Assembly: GCA_012295275.1 (NCBI GenBank)
Contig: CM022666.1
Coordinates: 12,152,001-12,216,000 of the forward strand
Direction of reading: 5' to 3'
Length of the DNA: 64,000 bases
DNA from: Chrysomallon squamiferum
Lineage: Eukaryota; Animalia; Mollusca
The position numbers were made by a program, and so were the translations under genes. The notes beneath the pieces are model-generated. The model searched no databases. It saw only the letters and a program-made list of their open reading frames with translations, and had not been told where the DNA came from. Positions 52,150-63,380 of the stretch are shown here, piece after piece. Position 1 is the first letter of the stretch. Each line of letters opens with the position of its first letter.

Positions 52150-52870
52150 AAGAAGTAACAAAAAAGATATTAATCGTAAACATGGGAAAACTTCGAAAAA
52201 CTAAATTCATTCGGATTTTAGGCCTTCCATTTAAAACAAGTCTGGAAAATTGCTAGTGACGGTAGCCGGATTAAGTAACTGGATTATAAAATGACAAAGT
52301 TAGGCAATTAATTTATAAAAAAATATTTCATATATTGTTTAATTATGCTTTCTTTTACTAGTATAGTTAAAAAAAAAAAAAAAAAAAAAATACTTTACAC
52401 TGTTATTGTTAAAGATAAGTTTAGAATAATAAATAAATAACGGGATGCTAATAGTACGTTGCGAAAGTAGCAGACGACAATAAAATTATTAGAATGTTAT
52501 AATTATTATTATATAGGCCTGAAATTAACACATGCTTAAAATATGTTATGATATGCCTGTAATCATATATAATCATGAATAACGCAATATTTGTCAGTAT
52601 AATTCCGTAAATAAAGAAAGTTATAACCTTATCGTCAGGTATAGCAGATCCTTATCTTCCAAGCACGCGGATTAATGACGTCATTGATTTGATTTTGTTA
52701 TGTTCAGTTTTAGATTACATTTATTTATTTATTTATTTTATGTAGTTTGTTATTTGTTAACTGTTTTATAATTTTAAATAAATAAATAAATAATAGTATT
52801 TGAATAAATAAAAAAAAATAGAAATAAAATATAGTATATTTACTGTGGTCTCTCTCTCGCAGGAATTTCT
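52150..52870. promoter_or_regulatory. CpG-enriched putative promoter region upstream of ATP11, with a full CRE palindrome
   Basis: CpG dinucleotides reappear here relative to the gene body. TGACGTCA at 52676-52683 sits inside the longer palindrome AATGACGTCATT. Confidence 0.4.
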
Positions 52871-52965
52871 TCGTGAAGAGGGCATGTTGACAAAAAGATT
52901 AAAAAATAAATAAAAATTAAATTAAATTAAAATTAAAAATACAATTAAAAGTATGTATACAAAAA

Positions 52966-53092
52966 TGTGTGTGTGTGTATCTATATCTATATATCTATCT
53001 ATCTATCTATCTATAGATAGATAGATAGATAGATCAGATAGATAGATAGATAGATAGATAGGTAGACAGATAGATAGATATGTATGTATATA
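52966..53092. repeat. Compound (TG)n/(TATC)n/(GATA)n microsatellite
   Basis: Seen directly; includes a perfect 42-bp palindrome at 52993-53034. Confidence 0.85.
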
Positions 53093-53184
53093 TGTAGAAT
53101 AGTGAAATTTCTTCCTATTCTATAAAGGTTATATAATGTTTTAAAGTAATTAGTGGGGAGTAAGTGCTAGCAAGATAGATTAAG

Positions 53185-55359
53185 ATGACTGCCTTCTATT
53201 GGGAGCTTTTGTTAGCACTAGGGATTGTATGGTCATGACCATATATGGCAACTGCTGCCTGGAATTTAAGGGGAGGGGGGAACTTTCTCAGAGAGCAAGG
53301 CATTGCACTCTGGCCTGGGACTTTGTTGGACCTGAAAAATAACTAGTGAAGGTAAGTTTCTTTATGCAGCGGCACCTTGACTTACGAGTTTAATTCCTTC
53401 CGCGACCCAGCTCGTATCCCAATTTGATAGCATATGAAATCAATTTTCCTAACTGAAATTAATTGAAATACCATTAATCCGTTCCACCTCCCAAAAACCC
53501 CACCCCATATTGTTTTAAAATTATTTTTTTAATTATATCATGATTTTAAACAAGAAAAATGTATTTTTAAATGACAAATATTGTATAAACAAAATAAAAG
53601 AGAATGTAAACAATTAAACTGGTTTTGTAAAGTGTATTTATCTTGGAGATCAGACAAATTATTTTAACTCCTTTGGCCGGAGCTGCAGCCTTTATCGACA
53701 CCTTCAGCTTCAGTACGGTGCATATCGTAGAAGTACTACACTCGTACTGCCTAGACAAGTCGACCACATGCACAAATCGCTCATGTTTTTCTATGAATTC
53801 AAGCTTTAATTCAGTGGACATCATCCGCCTTTTCTTCTCAGCATTATCCTTTGCACTCATTTTGTTACGATCCATGGCCAGAAAAAAGAAATTTGGCAAA
53901 TATTGCACAAATGCGAGCACAACACAACAGAGATGCTTCCGCGGCGAAGTAAACGTGAAGTAGACGATTGACACGCGAGATGCTGGCTGGATGTTATGTT
54001 GTTTGTTGCGTCAACTAGCGGCGGCGTATCTGAAGCTCGCTTGTAACACGGATTTTGGCTCGCAACTCAAAGCTTAAAATCTACTGGGCAGCTGCTCGTA
54101 ACTCGAACAATCGTAAGTTGGGGCACTCGTAAGTTGAGATACCACTGTATTTACATTTAAAACACGTTTTTTTAACTGTAAATTGTATTTTGTATACATT
54201 GTTGACCAGTGTATTTATCCTTGGTTCCTTCTTTCGTTCCATTTGTATGAATGTTTCTCTGGATATTAGTTAGATGCATATGTGTGTATGTGTGTGTTCG
54301 TGTGTCTGTGTGTGTGTGTGTGTGTGTGTAAAAAATATATACGAACATTCATAAGTATGCATGTATTTTATCGAACACAAACTCACGATATATACAAAGA
54401 AAAAAGACTGATGTTTATCTTGTATTTCTAATTTCAAACTGCGTGTTTACACTGTGGAACAGAAGTGGCAGACAGTATACTGCATGTAAATGTACAAGCA
54501 CGTATTATGGAGACGACTGTAAAAACAGTGATGATGTTTTTGTTGTAAACGCTGTTAAATGTATTTAAACCTTGGAAAAAATAAACAAATATTTTACCTA
54601 GGAGTAAATATTTTACACACTGTGAATAAATCATTTGCCATGTATTAAACATACATCATAAAAGAGCAGTGCAGACAATAAATAGAATTACTATTTGATG
54701 TTGATGAATAAAACAAATAATAATAACTATGACATATAAATAAATAAATAAATACAATTTAAAAAAATAACACATTTTTTGGTTTCCATATGATAAGTAT
54801 TTGAAATAAGGGATTTTATATTACTTTATCTCATTACATTGTTACGTAATATGTATTGTCGTTATATATTAGGCCTATACTATATTCTTTTTTCCCCTTT
54901 CATTATTAGGCTGTACCGATGGAGCAAGGAGTGTGGGTAGAGATATGTTTGCAGACGTATGTCTTAGATCTCTAGCTGCCCGCTACTACTGCACATGATC
55001 GTGTGGAGTTTACCTATGTAAGTAATTTGAGTTGTAAAAATTACGTTTATTCTGAGAGTGTATGCATAGAATAATAAGGAAAGAAAATAACAATAGAAAA
55101 TAATTAGCAATATGTTAAAAGTATATTTATTATTACAGTTGTCAGTTATTGAGAAACTATTACATAATCATTAGAAAACAATTATTATAAAAATACGATG
55201 ATGATTACGATAATGATAATGATAACCTGTATTACAGTAATAACTTAGAATAAAATGACACTGACAGTTGAAGCAGAAAAACAACAACAACAGGAACAAT
55301 AACAATGACAATAATAACAAACCAACAACAACAACAACAACAACAATAACAACAATAAC

Positions 55360-55400
<41 letters not shown>

Positions 55401-55515
55401 TTTTCTTTTGCAGCACTGTATGGATGATATGACAGAAACTTTCTTAAACTGGGGCGACGAAGTCTTATACGGAGCCACTAAATGTTGCGCACACCATTCT
55501 AAGGACTGCAAATAA
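53185..55515 (+). pseudogene. Decayed secreted Cys-rich gene: signal peptide + EGF-like domain + two ShKT-like domains
   Basis: Four GC-richer exon-like islands. 53185-53351: MTAFYWELLLALGIVWS*PYMATA..., ending AG|gtaagt. About 54432-54527: ACKCTSTYYGDDCKN, matching the C-x-C-x5-G-x2-C EGF signature. 54910-55017 (ttag|...|gtaagt): CTDGARSVGRDMFADVCLRSLAARYYCT*SCGVY. 55414-55515 (tttgcag|): HCMDDMTETFLNWGDEVLYGATKCCAHHSKDCK*. There are in-frame stops, lost cysteines, a missing AG acceptor and phase conflicts. Confidence 0.6.
53367..54147 (-). mobile_element. Internally deleted Tigger/pogo (Tc1-mariner superfamily) transposon that retains the transposase N-terminal HTH
   Basis: TIRs CAGCGGCACCTTGACTTACGAGT and ACTCGTAAGTTGAGATACCACTG|TA. 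ORF 53567-53974(-) contains MDRNKMSAKDNAEKKRRMMSTELKLEFIEKHERFVHVVDLSRQYECSTSTICTVLK, a CENP-B-N/psq-type HTH typical of Tigger transposases. The DDE domain is absent. Confidence 0.85.
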
Positions 55516-55553
55516 TTTTGTCCATGTAATATGATTTTAGTACTTCCTTAGTA

Positions 55554-55849
55554 TTAATGTGGTTTCTGAAAAGAATATTTGAAAAATTAGTAATAATAAC
55601 AATAAGAGGATGGATGAGAGTTGATTCTGATAAACATTGCTTTTCTAGTTATCTATAGCTAACTAATTTCAAACGAATTATAATATGAATGCTATTTAAT
55701 GCTAATTAATGTGGTTTCTGAAAAGAATATTTGAAAAATTAGTAATAATAACAATAAGAGGATGGATGAGAGTTGATTCTGATAAACATTGCTTTTCTAG
55801 TTATCTATAGCTAACTAATTTCAAACGAATTATAATATGAATGCTATTT
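55554..55849. repeat. Near-perfect tandem duplication with a 152-bp period
   Basis: TTAATGTGGTTTCTGAAAAGAATATTTG...TAATATGAATGCTATTT at 55554-55697 and 55706-55849. Confidence 0.9.
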
Positions 55850-56112
55850 GTATAATCGAGTATAAATTTCCAGATGTTGTAGGTGTTCACATTTGTTTAA
55901 TATGAATTTTATTTTATATTCCAGAATTAAAAATGTCTGAAGATGAAACTAGCGGTGTATAATATCACTGCTTATTTCAAGAAATAAATAAACTTAACAA
56001 CTTTAATCTTGTTATTTATTATATCATATTTAGAACATATACACACATCCCACTGTCACATACATACTTACATATTATATAAATCACTAATACAAATATA
56101 GTATTGACACAA

Positions 56113-56144
<32 letters not shown>

Positions 56145-56789
56145 AAGTCATAAAATACACAAACTCAATCATTCCTACTGATTTTGAGCTACTTATGCTA
56201 TCATATGGATCTGTTTTTAACACTTTTTGTTCCATTTCTGTATTACTAAAGTTACTGCTGCACTGATATTAGGTTGCTAATTACTGCATTTGTTAATAAC
56301 AATAATATATATATATACACACATCCACACACATATATATTTTTTATTTTTTATTCAGTTATCACCGAATATTATTATTATTATTATTTATTATTATTAT
56401 TATTCTTTTAACCATTGTGTTATTACTGGCACCTCATCTTCATATAATGATCTTCCACTCTTTAATATAATCATGTTCAGAGAATGTTTTCCTCTAAATC
56501 TGAACTCAAATTTTTCAAATGGCAAGATCACTCCTATGTCCTCTTTTTATCCGTCTTCTATTTCAACAAGTGGTTTGTTAGCGCGTCGGGTGCCTTCCTG
56601 CAGTCACAGTGTCTGTAACTGACCTCTGGTTTCCTCTCTCATTATCTGCATGATCACTAACTAAAACGTCTTTTGTTCCTTCTAAATTTATATTACAGGG
56701 TTAACTAAAAAAAAAATTCCCAAACTTAATGGAACTTATTGATTTAAACAGCATATAAAGAACTTACCAGCGATACCAGAACAAACCTT

Positions 56790-59700
56790 TACGGTTAGGG
56801 TTAGGGTTAGAGTTCGCATTAGATAGGGTTATTTAAGTTGTGTTACCAGTGTTATGATAATGTCCAAAATAATATGAGGGTCAAGACTGGAAGTAGGGTT
56901 ACAATAGGAATTAAAATTGCGGTCTTGCGGAATATTAGGTTAAGAAGTTGAGTCAGGGTTAGGATTACGGTTAGGGTTAGTGTTAGCCTTAGAGCTAGGG
57001 TTATTTAAATTTTAATACGAGTGTTTTGATAGTGTCCAAAATAATTTGAGGGTAACGACTAGAAGCAGCGTTAGGGTAAGAATTAATGTTTAGAATTTGC
57101 GTTGTTTTAGGTTCATAATTTGACTTAGGTTTAGGGCTAGGGTTAGGATTAGGGTTAGGATTACTACCAGTGTTATGATAACCTCCAAAATAATTTGAGG
57201 GTGACGATTGGAAGGAGGTTTAGCGTAACAATTAATGTTTAGAATTTGCTTAGGTTTAGGTTTAGAAGTTGAGTTAGGGTTAGTTTAAGGTTATTTAAAT
57301 TTCATTAAGACTTTATGATAATGTCCGAAATAATCTGAATGTCAACACTGGAAGTATGGTTCAGGTAAGAGTGAATATTGGGAATTTGCGTAGAATTAGT
57401 TTGAGAAGTTGAGTTAGTGTTAGGGCTAGGCTAAGAATTAATATTTAGAATTTGCTTAGGTTTATGTTTAGAAGTTGAGTTAGAGTTAGGGCTACGGTTA
57501 GGGTTAGGGTTGGGGTTAGGGTTACCTTAAGAGTTAGGGTTATTTAAATTTTATTAAAGTATTATGATAATATCCAAAATAATCTGAGGGTAAACACTGG
57601 AAATAGCATTCGGGTGAGAGTGAATGTTTGAGAAGTCGATTTAATTTTAGGCCTAGGCTTAGGGTTAGGGTTAGAGTTAGAGCTACGGTTATCTAAATTG
57701 TATTAAGAGTGTTATGTTAATGTCCAAATTAATTTTAGGGTCAGGATTGGAAATCCCGTTAGTGTCAGAAATAATGTTGAGAATCTGCGTAGGATTGGGT
57801 TTGGACTCTGAGTTAGCTTTAGCGTTAGGGTTAGGGTAATCTCAGCTTTATTGTTAGGGTTATTAAAATTTTGTTAAGAGTTTTATGATAATGTAAGGGT
57901 CACCAATGGATGGAAGTTTAGCGTAATAATTAATGTTTACTTAATACAATATACGATAATGTCAAAAATAATCTGAATGTGATTACTGGAAGAAGAGTTC
58001 AGGTAAGAGTGTACAGAATTAGTTTGAGAAGTTGAGTTAGTGTTAGGGCTAGGGTTAGGGTTAGGGTTAGGGTTAGCTTTAGAGCTAGGTACCCTAATGT
58101 CTGATATATTATGACGGTCAGGACTAGAAATAGCCCTAGGTTAAGAATTAGCTTTAAAAGTTGAGTTAGGGCTAGGGTTAGGGTTAGAGTTAGGGTTAGG
58201 GTTAGGGTTAGGGATAACTTAAGAGTTAGGGTTATTTAAATTTTATTACGAGTGGTATCCTAATGTCTGATATAATATGACGTTCACGATTGGAAATAGC
58301 ACTAGGGTAAGAATTAATGTTTAGAATTTGCATAGCATAAGGTTTAGAAGTTGAGTTAGGGTTAGGGCTAGGCTTAGGGTTAGGGTTAGGGTTAGGGTTA
58401 GGGTTAGGGTTAGGGTTAGGGTTAGGGTTAGGGTTAGGGTTAACTTAAGAGTTAGGGTTAGGGGTAGGGTTAGCTTAAGAGTTAGGGTTATTTAAATTTT
58501 ATTACGAGTGGTACCCTGATGTCTGATATATTATGACGGTCACGATTGGAAATAGCCCTAGGTTAAAAATTAATGTTTAAAATTTGCGTAGCATTAGCTT
58601 TAAAAGTTGAGTTAGGGCTAGGGTTAGGGTTAGAGTTAGGGTTAGGGTTAGGGTTAGGGTTAACATAAGAGTTAGGGTTATTTAAATTTTATTACGAGTG
58701 GTATCCTAATGTCTGATATAATATGACGGTCACGATTGGAAATAGCGCTAGGGTAAGAATTAATGTTTAGAATTTGCGTAGCATAAGGTTTACAAGTTGA
58801 GTTAGGGTTAGGGCTAGGGTTAGGGTTAACATAAGAGTTAGGGTTATTTATATTTCACTGATACTTTTATGATAATGTCCAAAATAATCTGAATGTGATC
58901 ACTGGAAGTATCGTTCAGGTAAGAGTGAATGTTGGGAATTTGCGTAGAATTATTTGAGAAGATGATTTAATGTTAGTGTTACTATTAGGGTTAGGGTTAA
59001 GATAAGAGTTAGGGTTATTTAAATTTTATTAAGAATGTTATAATAATGTCGAAAATAATTTCAGGGTAAGGAATTGCAGTAGGTTTATCTTAAGAATTAA
59101 TATTTAGAATTTGCTTGGGTTTCTGTTGAGAAATTGTGTTAGGGTTAGGGTTACGGTTAGGGTTAGGGGTAGGGTTAGCTTAAGAGTTAGGGTTATTTTA
59201 ATTTCAGTAATACCTTTGTGATAATGACCAAAACAATCTCAATGTGATCACTGGAAGTATCGTTCAGGTACGAATGAATGTTGGGAATATGCGTAGAATT
59301 ATTTGAGAAAATGACTTATGGTTAGAGCTAGGGTTAGGGTTAGGGTTAGTCTTAGATCTAGAGTTATTTAAATTTTATTACGAGTGGTACCCTAATGTCT
59401 GATATATTATGACGGTCAGGAATAGAAATAGCCCTAGGTTAAAAATTAGCTTTAAAAGTTGAGTTAGGGCTAGGGTTAGGGTTAGAGTTAGGGTTAGGGT
59501 TAGGGTTAGGGATAACTTAAGAGTTAGGGTTATTTTCATTTCACTAATACTTTTGTGATAATAATCAAAACAATCTCAATGTGATCACTGGAAGTATCGT
59601 TCAGGTAGGAGTGAATGTTGGGAAATTGTGTAGAATTATTCGAGAAGATAAGTTAGTGTTAGGGCTAGGGTTAGGGATAGCGTTAGCCGTAGAGCTAGGG

Positions 59701-59822
59701 TTATTTAAATTTTAATACGAGTGGTACCCTAACGTCTGATATAATATCACGGTGACGATTGTAAATAGCACTAGGTTAAGAACTAATGTTTAAGATTAGC
59801 GTAGCATAAGGTTTACAAGTTG
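56790..59822 (+). repeat. Telomere-repeat-containing satellite, block 1 (about 17 monomers, mostly 150-190 bp)
   Basis: Monomer = (TTAGGG)n plus a spacer such as TTAAGAGTTAGGGTTATTTAAATTTTATTACGAGTGGTACCCTAATGTCTGATATA..GACGGTCACGATTGGAAATAGC..AGAATTAATGTTTAGAATTTGCGTAG..AAGTTGAG. The anchor GGGTTATTTA recurs near 56826, 56998, 57537, 58229, 58485, 58675, 58841, 59012 and 59698. The longest pure run is (TTAGGG)11 at 58374-58439. Confidence 0.92.
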
Positions 59823-59866
59823 ATATCTATGTATATACATATATATATATATATATACACAGGCAG

Positions 59867-59898
<32 letters not shown>

Positions 59899-60471
59899 AG
59901 AGAAAAACCTCTGGTACTGAATGCATATACAATTCTAAAAGAAACAAAGTTCAATTCATTAGAAATTGCCTGAAAATTTAAAAACAAACAAACTTCAGTA
60001 TATTAATAAAATACAAAAGAAATAAGAAATTCTGATATTAAAAAACGATTCTATCAAATGACACAATAAATTATTTGATTTACTGATTTTTTTATTATAA
60101 GAACAGTAAGCAAATTTGACAGGATAGAATAAACAAATAAGTAAACAATGACAGAACCACTTTGAAATTTTAAAACGATCGAAACTCGGCGATTTTGGAT
60201 TCCATTTATCGGATAATTATCGCATGTAAGCTTAGTGATTACATCTCACGTAAGGGACATAACTCTAATCAAGGTTAGTGAACACATATCACTAAAGGGA
60301 GATAAGTCTAATCGATATAATTTTTTCTTTGCTTAGTGAGTTCATCTCACATAAGGGACCTAACTCTCATCTGTTTGTGAGCACATATCACTAAAACGAT
60401 ATAAGTATAATCGATATGAATTTTTCTTTGCTTAGTAAATATATATATATATATATATAGATATATATAGA

Positions 60472-60505
<34 letters not shown>

Positions 60506-61777
60506 AGAGAAAAACCTCTGGTACTGAATGCATATACAATTCTAAAAGAAACAAAATTCAATTCATTAGAAATTGCCTGAAAATTTAAAAACAAACAAAC
60601 TTCAGTATATTAATAAAATACAAAAGAAATAATAAATTCTGATATTAAAAAACGATTCTATCAAATGACACAATAAATTATTTGGTTTACTGATTTTTTT
60701 ATTATAAGAACAATAAGCAAAGTTGACAGGATAGAATAAATAAATAAGTAAACAATGACAGAACAACTTTGAAATTTTAAAACGATCGAAACTCGGCGTT
60801 TTGGACATTCCATTTATCGGATAATTATCGCATGTAAGCTTAGTGATTACATCTCACGTAAGGGACATAACTCTAATCTAGGTTAGTGAACACATATCAC
60901 TAAAGGGAGATAAGTCTAATCGATATAATTTTTTCTTTGCTTAGTGAGTTCATCTCACGTAAGGGACCTAACTCTCATCTTTTTGTGAGCACATATCACT
61001 AAAACGATATAAGTATAATCGATATGAATTTTTCTTTGCTTAGTAAATATATATATATATATATAGATATACAGGCAGACACACACACACAAACACACAC
61101 ACACACACATACACAGAGAAAAACCTCTGGTACTGAATTTATATACAATTCTAAAAGAAACAAAATTCAATTCATTAGAAATTGCCTGAAAATTTAAAAA
61201 CAAACAAACTTCAGTATATTAATAAAATACAAAAGAAATAATAAATTCTGATATTAAAAAACGATTCTATCAAATGACACAATAAATTATTTGGTTTACT
61301 GATTTTTTTATTATAAGAACAATAAGCAAAGTTGACAGGATAGAATAAATAAATAAGTAAACAATGACAGAACCACTTTGAAATTTTAAAACGATCGAAA
61401 CTCGGCGTTTTTGGATTCCATTTATCGGATAATTATCGCATGTAAGCTTAGTGATTACATCTCACGTAAGGGACATAACTCTAATCTATGTTTGTGGACA
61501 CATCTCACATAAGGGAGATAAGTCTAATCGAAGTAATTTTTAATAGGCTTAGTGATTTCATCTCACGTAAGGGACCTAACTCTAATCTAGGTTAGTGAAC
61601 ACATATCACTAAAGGGAGATAAGTCTAATCGATATAATTTTTTCTTTGCTTAGTGAGTTCATCTCACATAAGGGACCTAACTCTCATCTGTTTGTGAGCA
61701 CATATCACTAAAACGATATAAGTATAATCGATATGAATTTTTCTTTGCTTAGTAAATATATATATATATAGATAGAT

Positions 61778-61876
<99 letters not shown>

Positions 61877-63380
61877 TATAGATAGATATATATAAACAGG
61901 CAGACACACACACAAACACATACACCGAGAAAAACCTCTGGTACTGAATGCATATACAATTCTAAAAGAAACAAAATTCAATTCATTAGAAATTGCCTGA
62001 AAATTTAAAAACAAACAAACTTCAGTATGTTAATAAAATACAAAAGAAATAATAAATTCTGATATTAAAAAACGATTCTATCAAATGACACAATAAATTA
62101 TTTGATTTACTGATTTTTTTATTATAAGAACAATAAGCAAAGTTGACAGGATAAAACAAATAAATAAGGAAACAATTAAAGAACCACTTTGAAATTTTAA
62201 AACGATTGAAACTCGGCGTGTTTGGAGGTTCCATTTATCGGATAATTAGCGTACGTAAGCTTAGTGACTACATCTCACGTAAGGGACATAACTCTAATCT
62301 ATGTTTGTGAACACATCTCACATAAGGGACATAAGTCTAATCGAAGTAATTTTTAATAGGCTTAGTTATTACATCTCACGTAAGGGACCTAACTCTAATC
62401 TGTTTGTGAGCACATATCAGTTAAATGATATGTCTAATCTATTTGAATTCTTCTTTGCTTAGTATATATATAGACAGACACCCACATACACTCAGAGAGA
62501 CACGCACACTCACATTCAGAGAGAAACCTCTGGTATTGAATGCATATACAGTTCTAAATGGAATAAAATTCAGAAACAAAATTCAATTCATTAGAAATTG
62601 CCTGAAAATTTAAAAACAAACAAACTTCAGTATATTAATAAAATACAAAAAGAAATAATAAATTCTGATATTGAAAAACACGATTCTATGAAATAACGCA
62701 ATAAATTTTTTTTTTTTTTTATTATATTTTTATTATGAGAACAATGAGCAAAGTAGAGAGGATAGAATAAAGAAATAACTAAACAAATAAAGAACCACGT
62801 TGAAACTTTAATACGATCGAAACTCGGCGTTTTTGGAGGTTCCATTTCTCGAATAATTAGTATACGGAAGCTTAGTGACTCCATGTCACGTAAGAGACCT
62901 AACTCTAATCTATGTTTGTGAACACATCTCGCTAAAGGGAGATAAATCTAATCGATGTAATTTGTTATTTGCTCATTGAGTACATCTCTCGTAAGGGACC
63001 TCAGTCTAATCTGTTTGTGAGCACCTATCACTAAAAGGAGATAAGTCTAATCGATGTGTTTTTTTCATTTCTTATTATATATAATAAAAAAGTATATATA
63101 TACACAGACAGACACACACACACACACACACTTACACAGAGAAAAACCTATGGTACTGAATGCATATACAATTGAATTGATTAAAAATTGCCAGAAAATT
63201 TATAGAATGCCAACAAATAAATTCAGAATATTAATCAAATACAAAAAGAAATAATAAATTCTGATATTGAAAAACCGATTGTATCAAATGACACAATAAA
63301 TTACATATCACTAAAGGGAGATAAGTCTAATCGATATAATTTTTACTTTGCTCAGTGAGTACATCTCATGTAAGGACCTG
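59823..63380. repeat. Tandem array of about 6 units of about 600-810 bp, with internal 101-bp subrepeats and (TA)n/(CA)n/(GATA)n tracts
   Basis: The anchor GAGAAAAACCTCTGGTACTGAAT or a close variant occurs near 59900, 60507, 61116, 61927, 62521 and 63139. The subrepeat CATCTCACGTAAGGGAC.TAACTCTAATC occurs at 101-bp spacing (60242/60343; 60850/60951; 61458/61559/61660; 62271/62372). Confidence 0.92.

Noticed and set aside
53163-53219. Pre-miRNA-like hairpin (13-bp stem AGTGCTAGCAAGA / TTTTGTTAGCACT with two G-U pairs)
   Set aside because: The stem is short with a poorly paired interior, there is no recognisable miRNA family, and it overlaps the putative leader exon. It is plausible by chance.
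54996-54998. In-frame TGA read as selenocysteine or as an edited codon
   Set aside because: It falls at a non-Cys position of the ShKT pattern and is explained by CGA>TGA decay. Other lesions (AGT, TCT and TTC for Cys; phase conflicts) cannot be fixed by recoding or A-to-I editing, and no SECIS was recognised.
60170-60215. Hammerhead ribozyme in the 608-bp unit (CGAAAC present), as in Penelope-like telomeric elements
   Set aside because: No appropriately placed CTGANGA core or stem II was found on either strand.
59796-63254. Repeated ORFs MFLNFQAISNELNFVSFRIV... and M..PSFDRFKISK... as a tandem peptide gene family
   Set aside because: They start at non-ATG codons or run into variable microsatellites, and frames and stops differ between copies. 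They are by-products of the tandem array.
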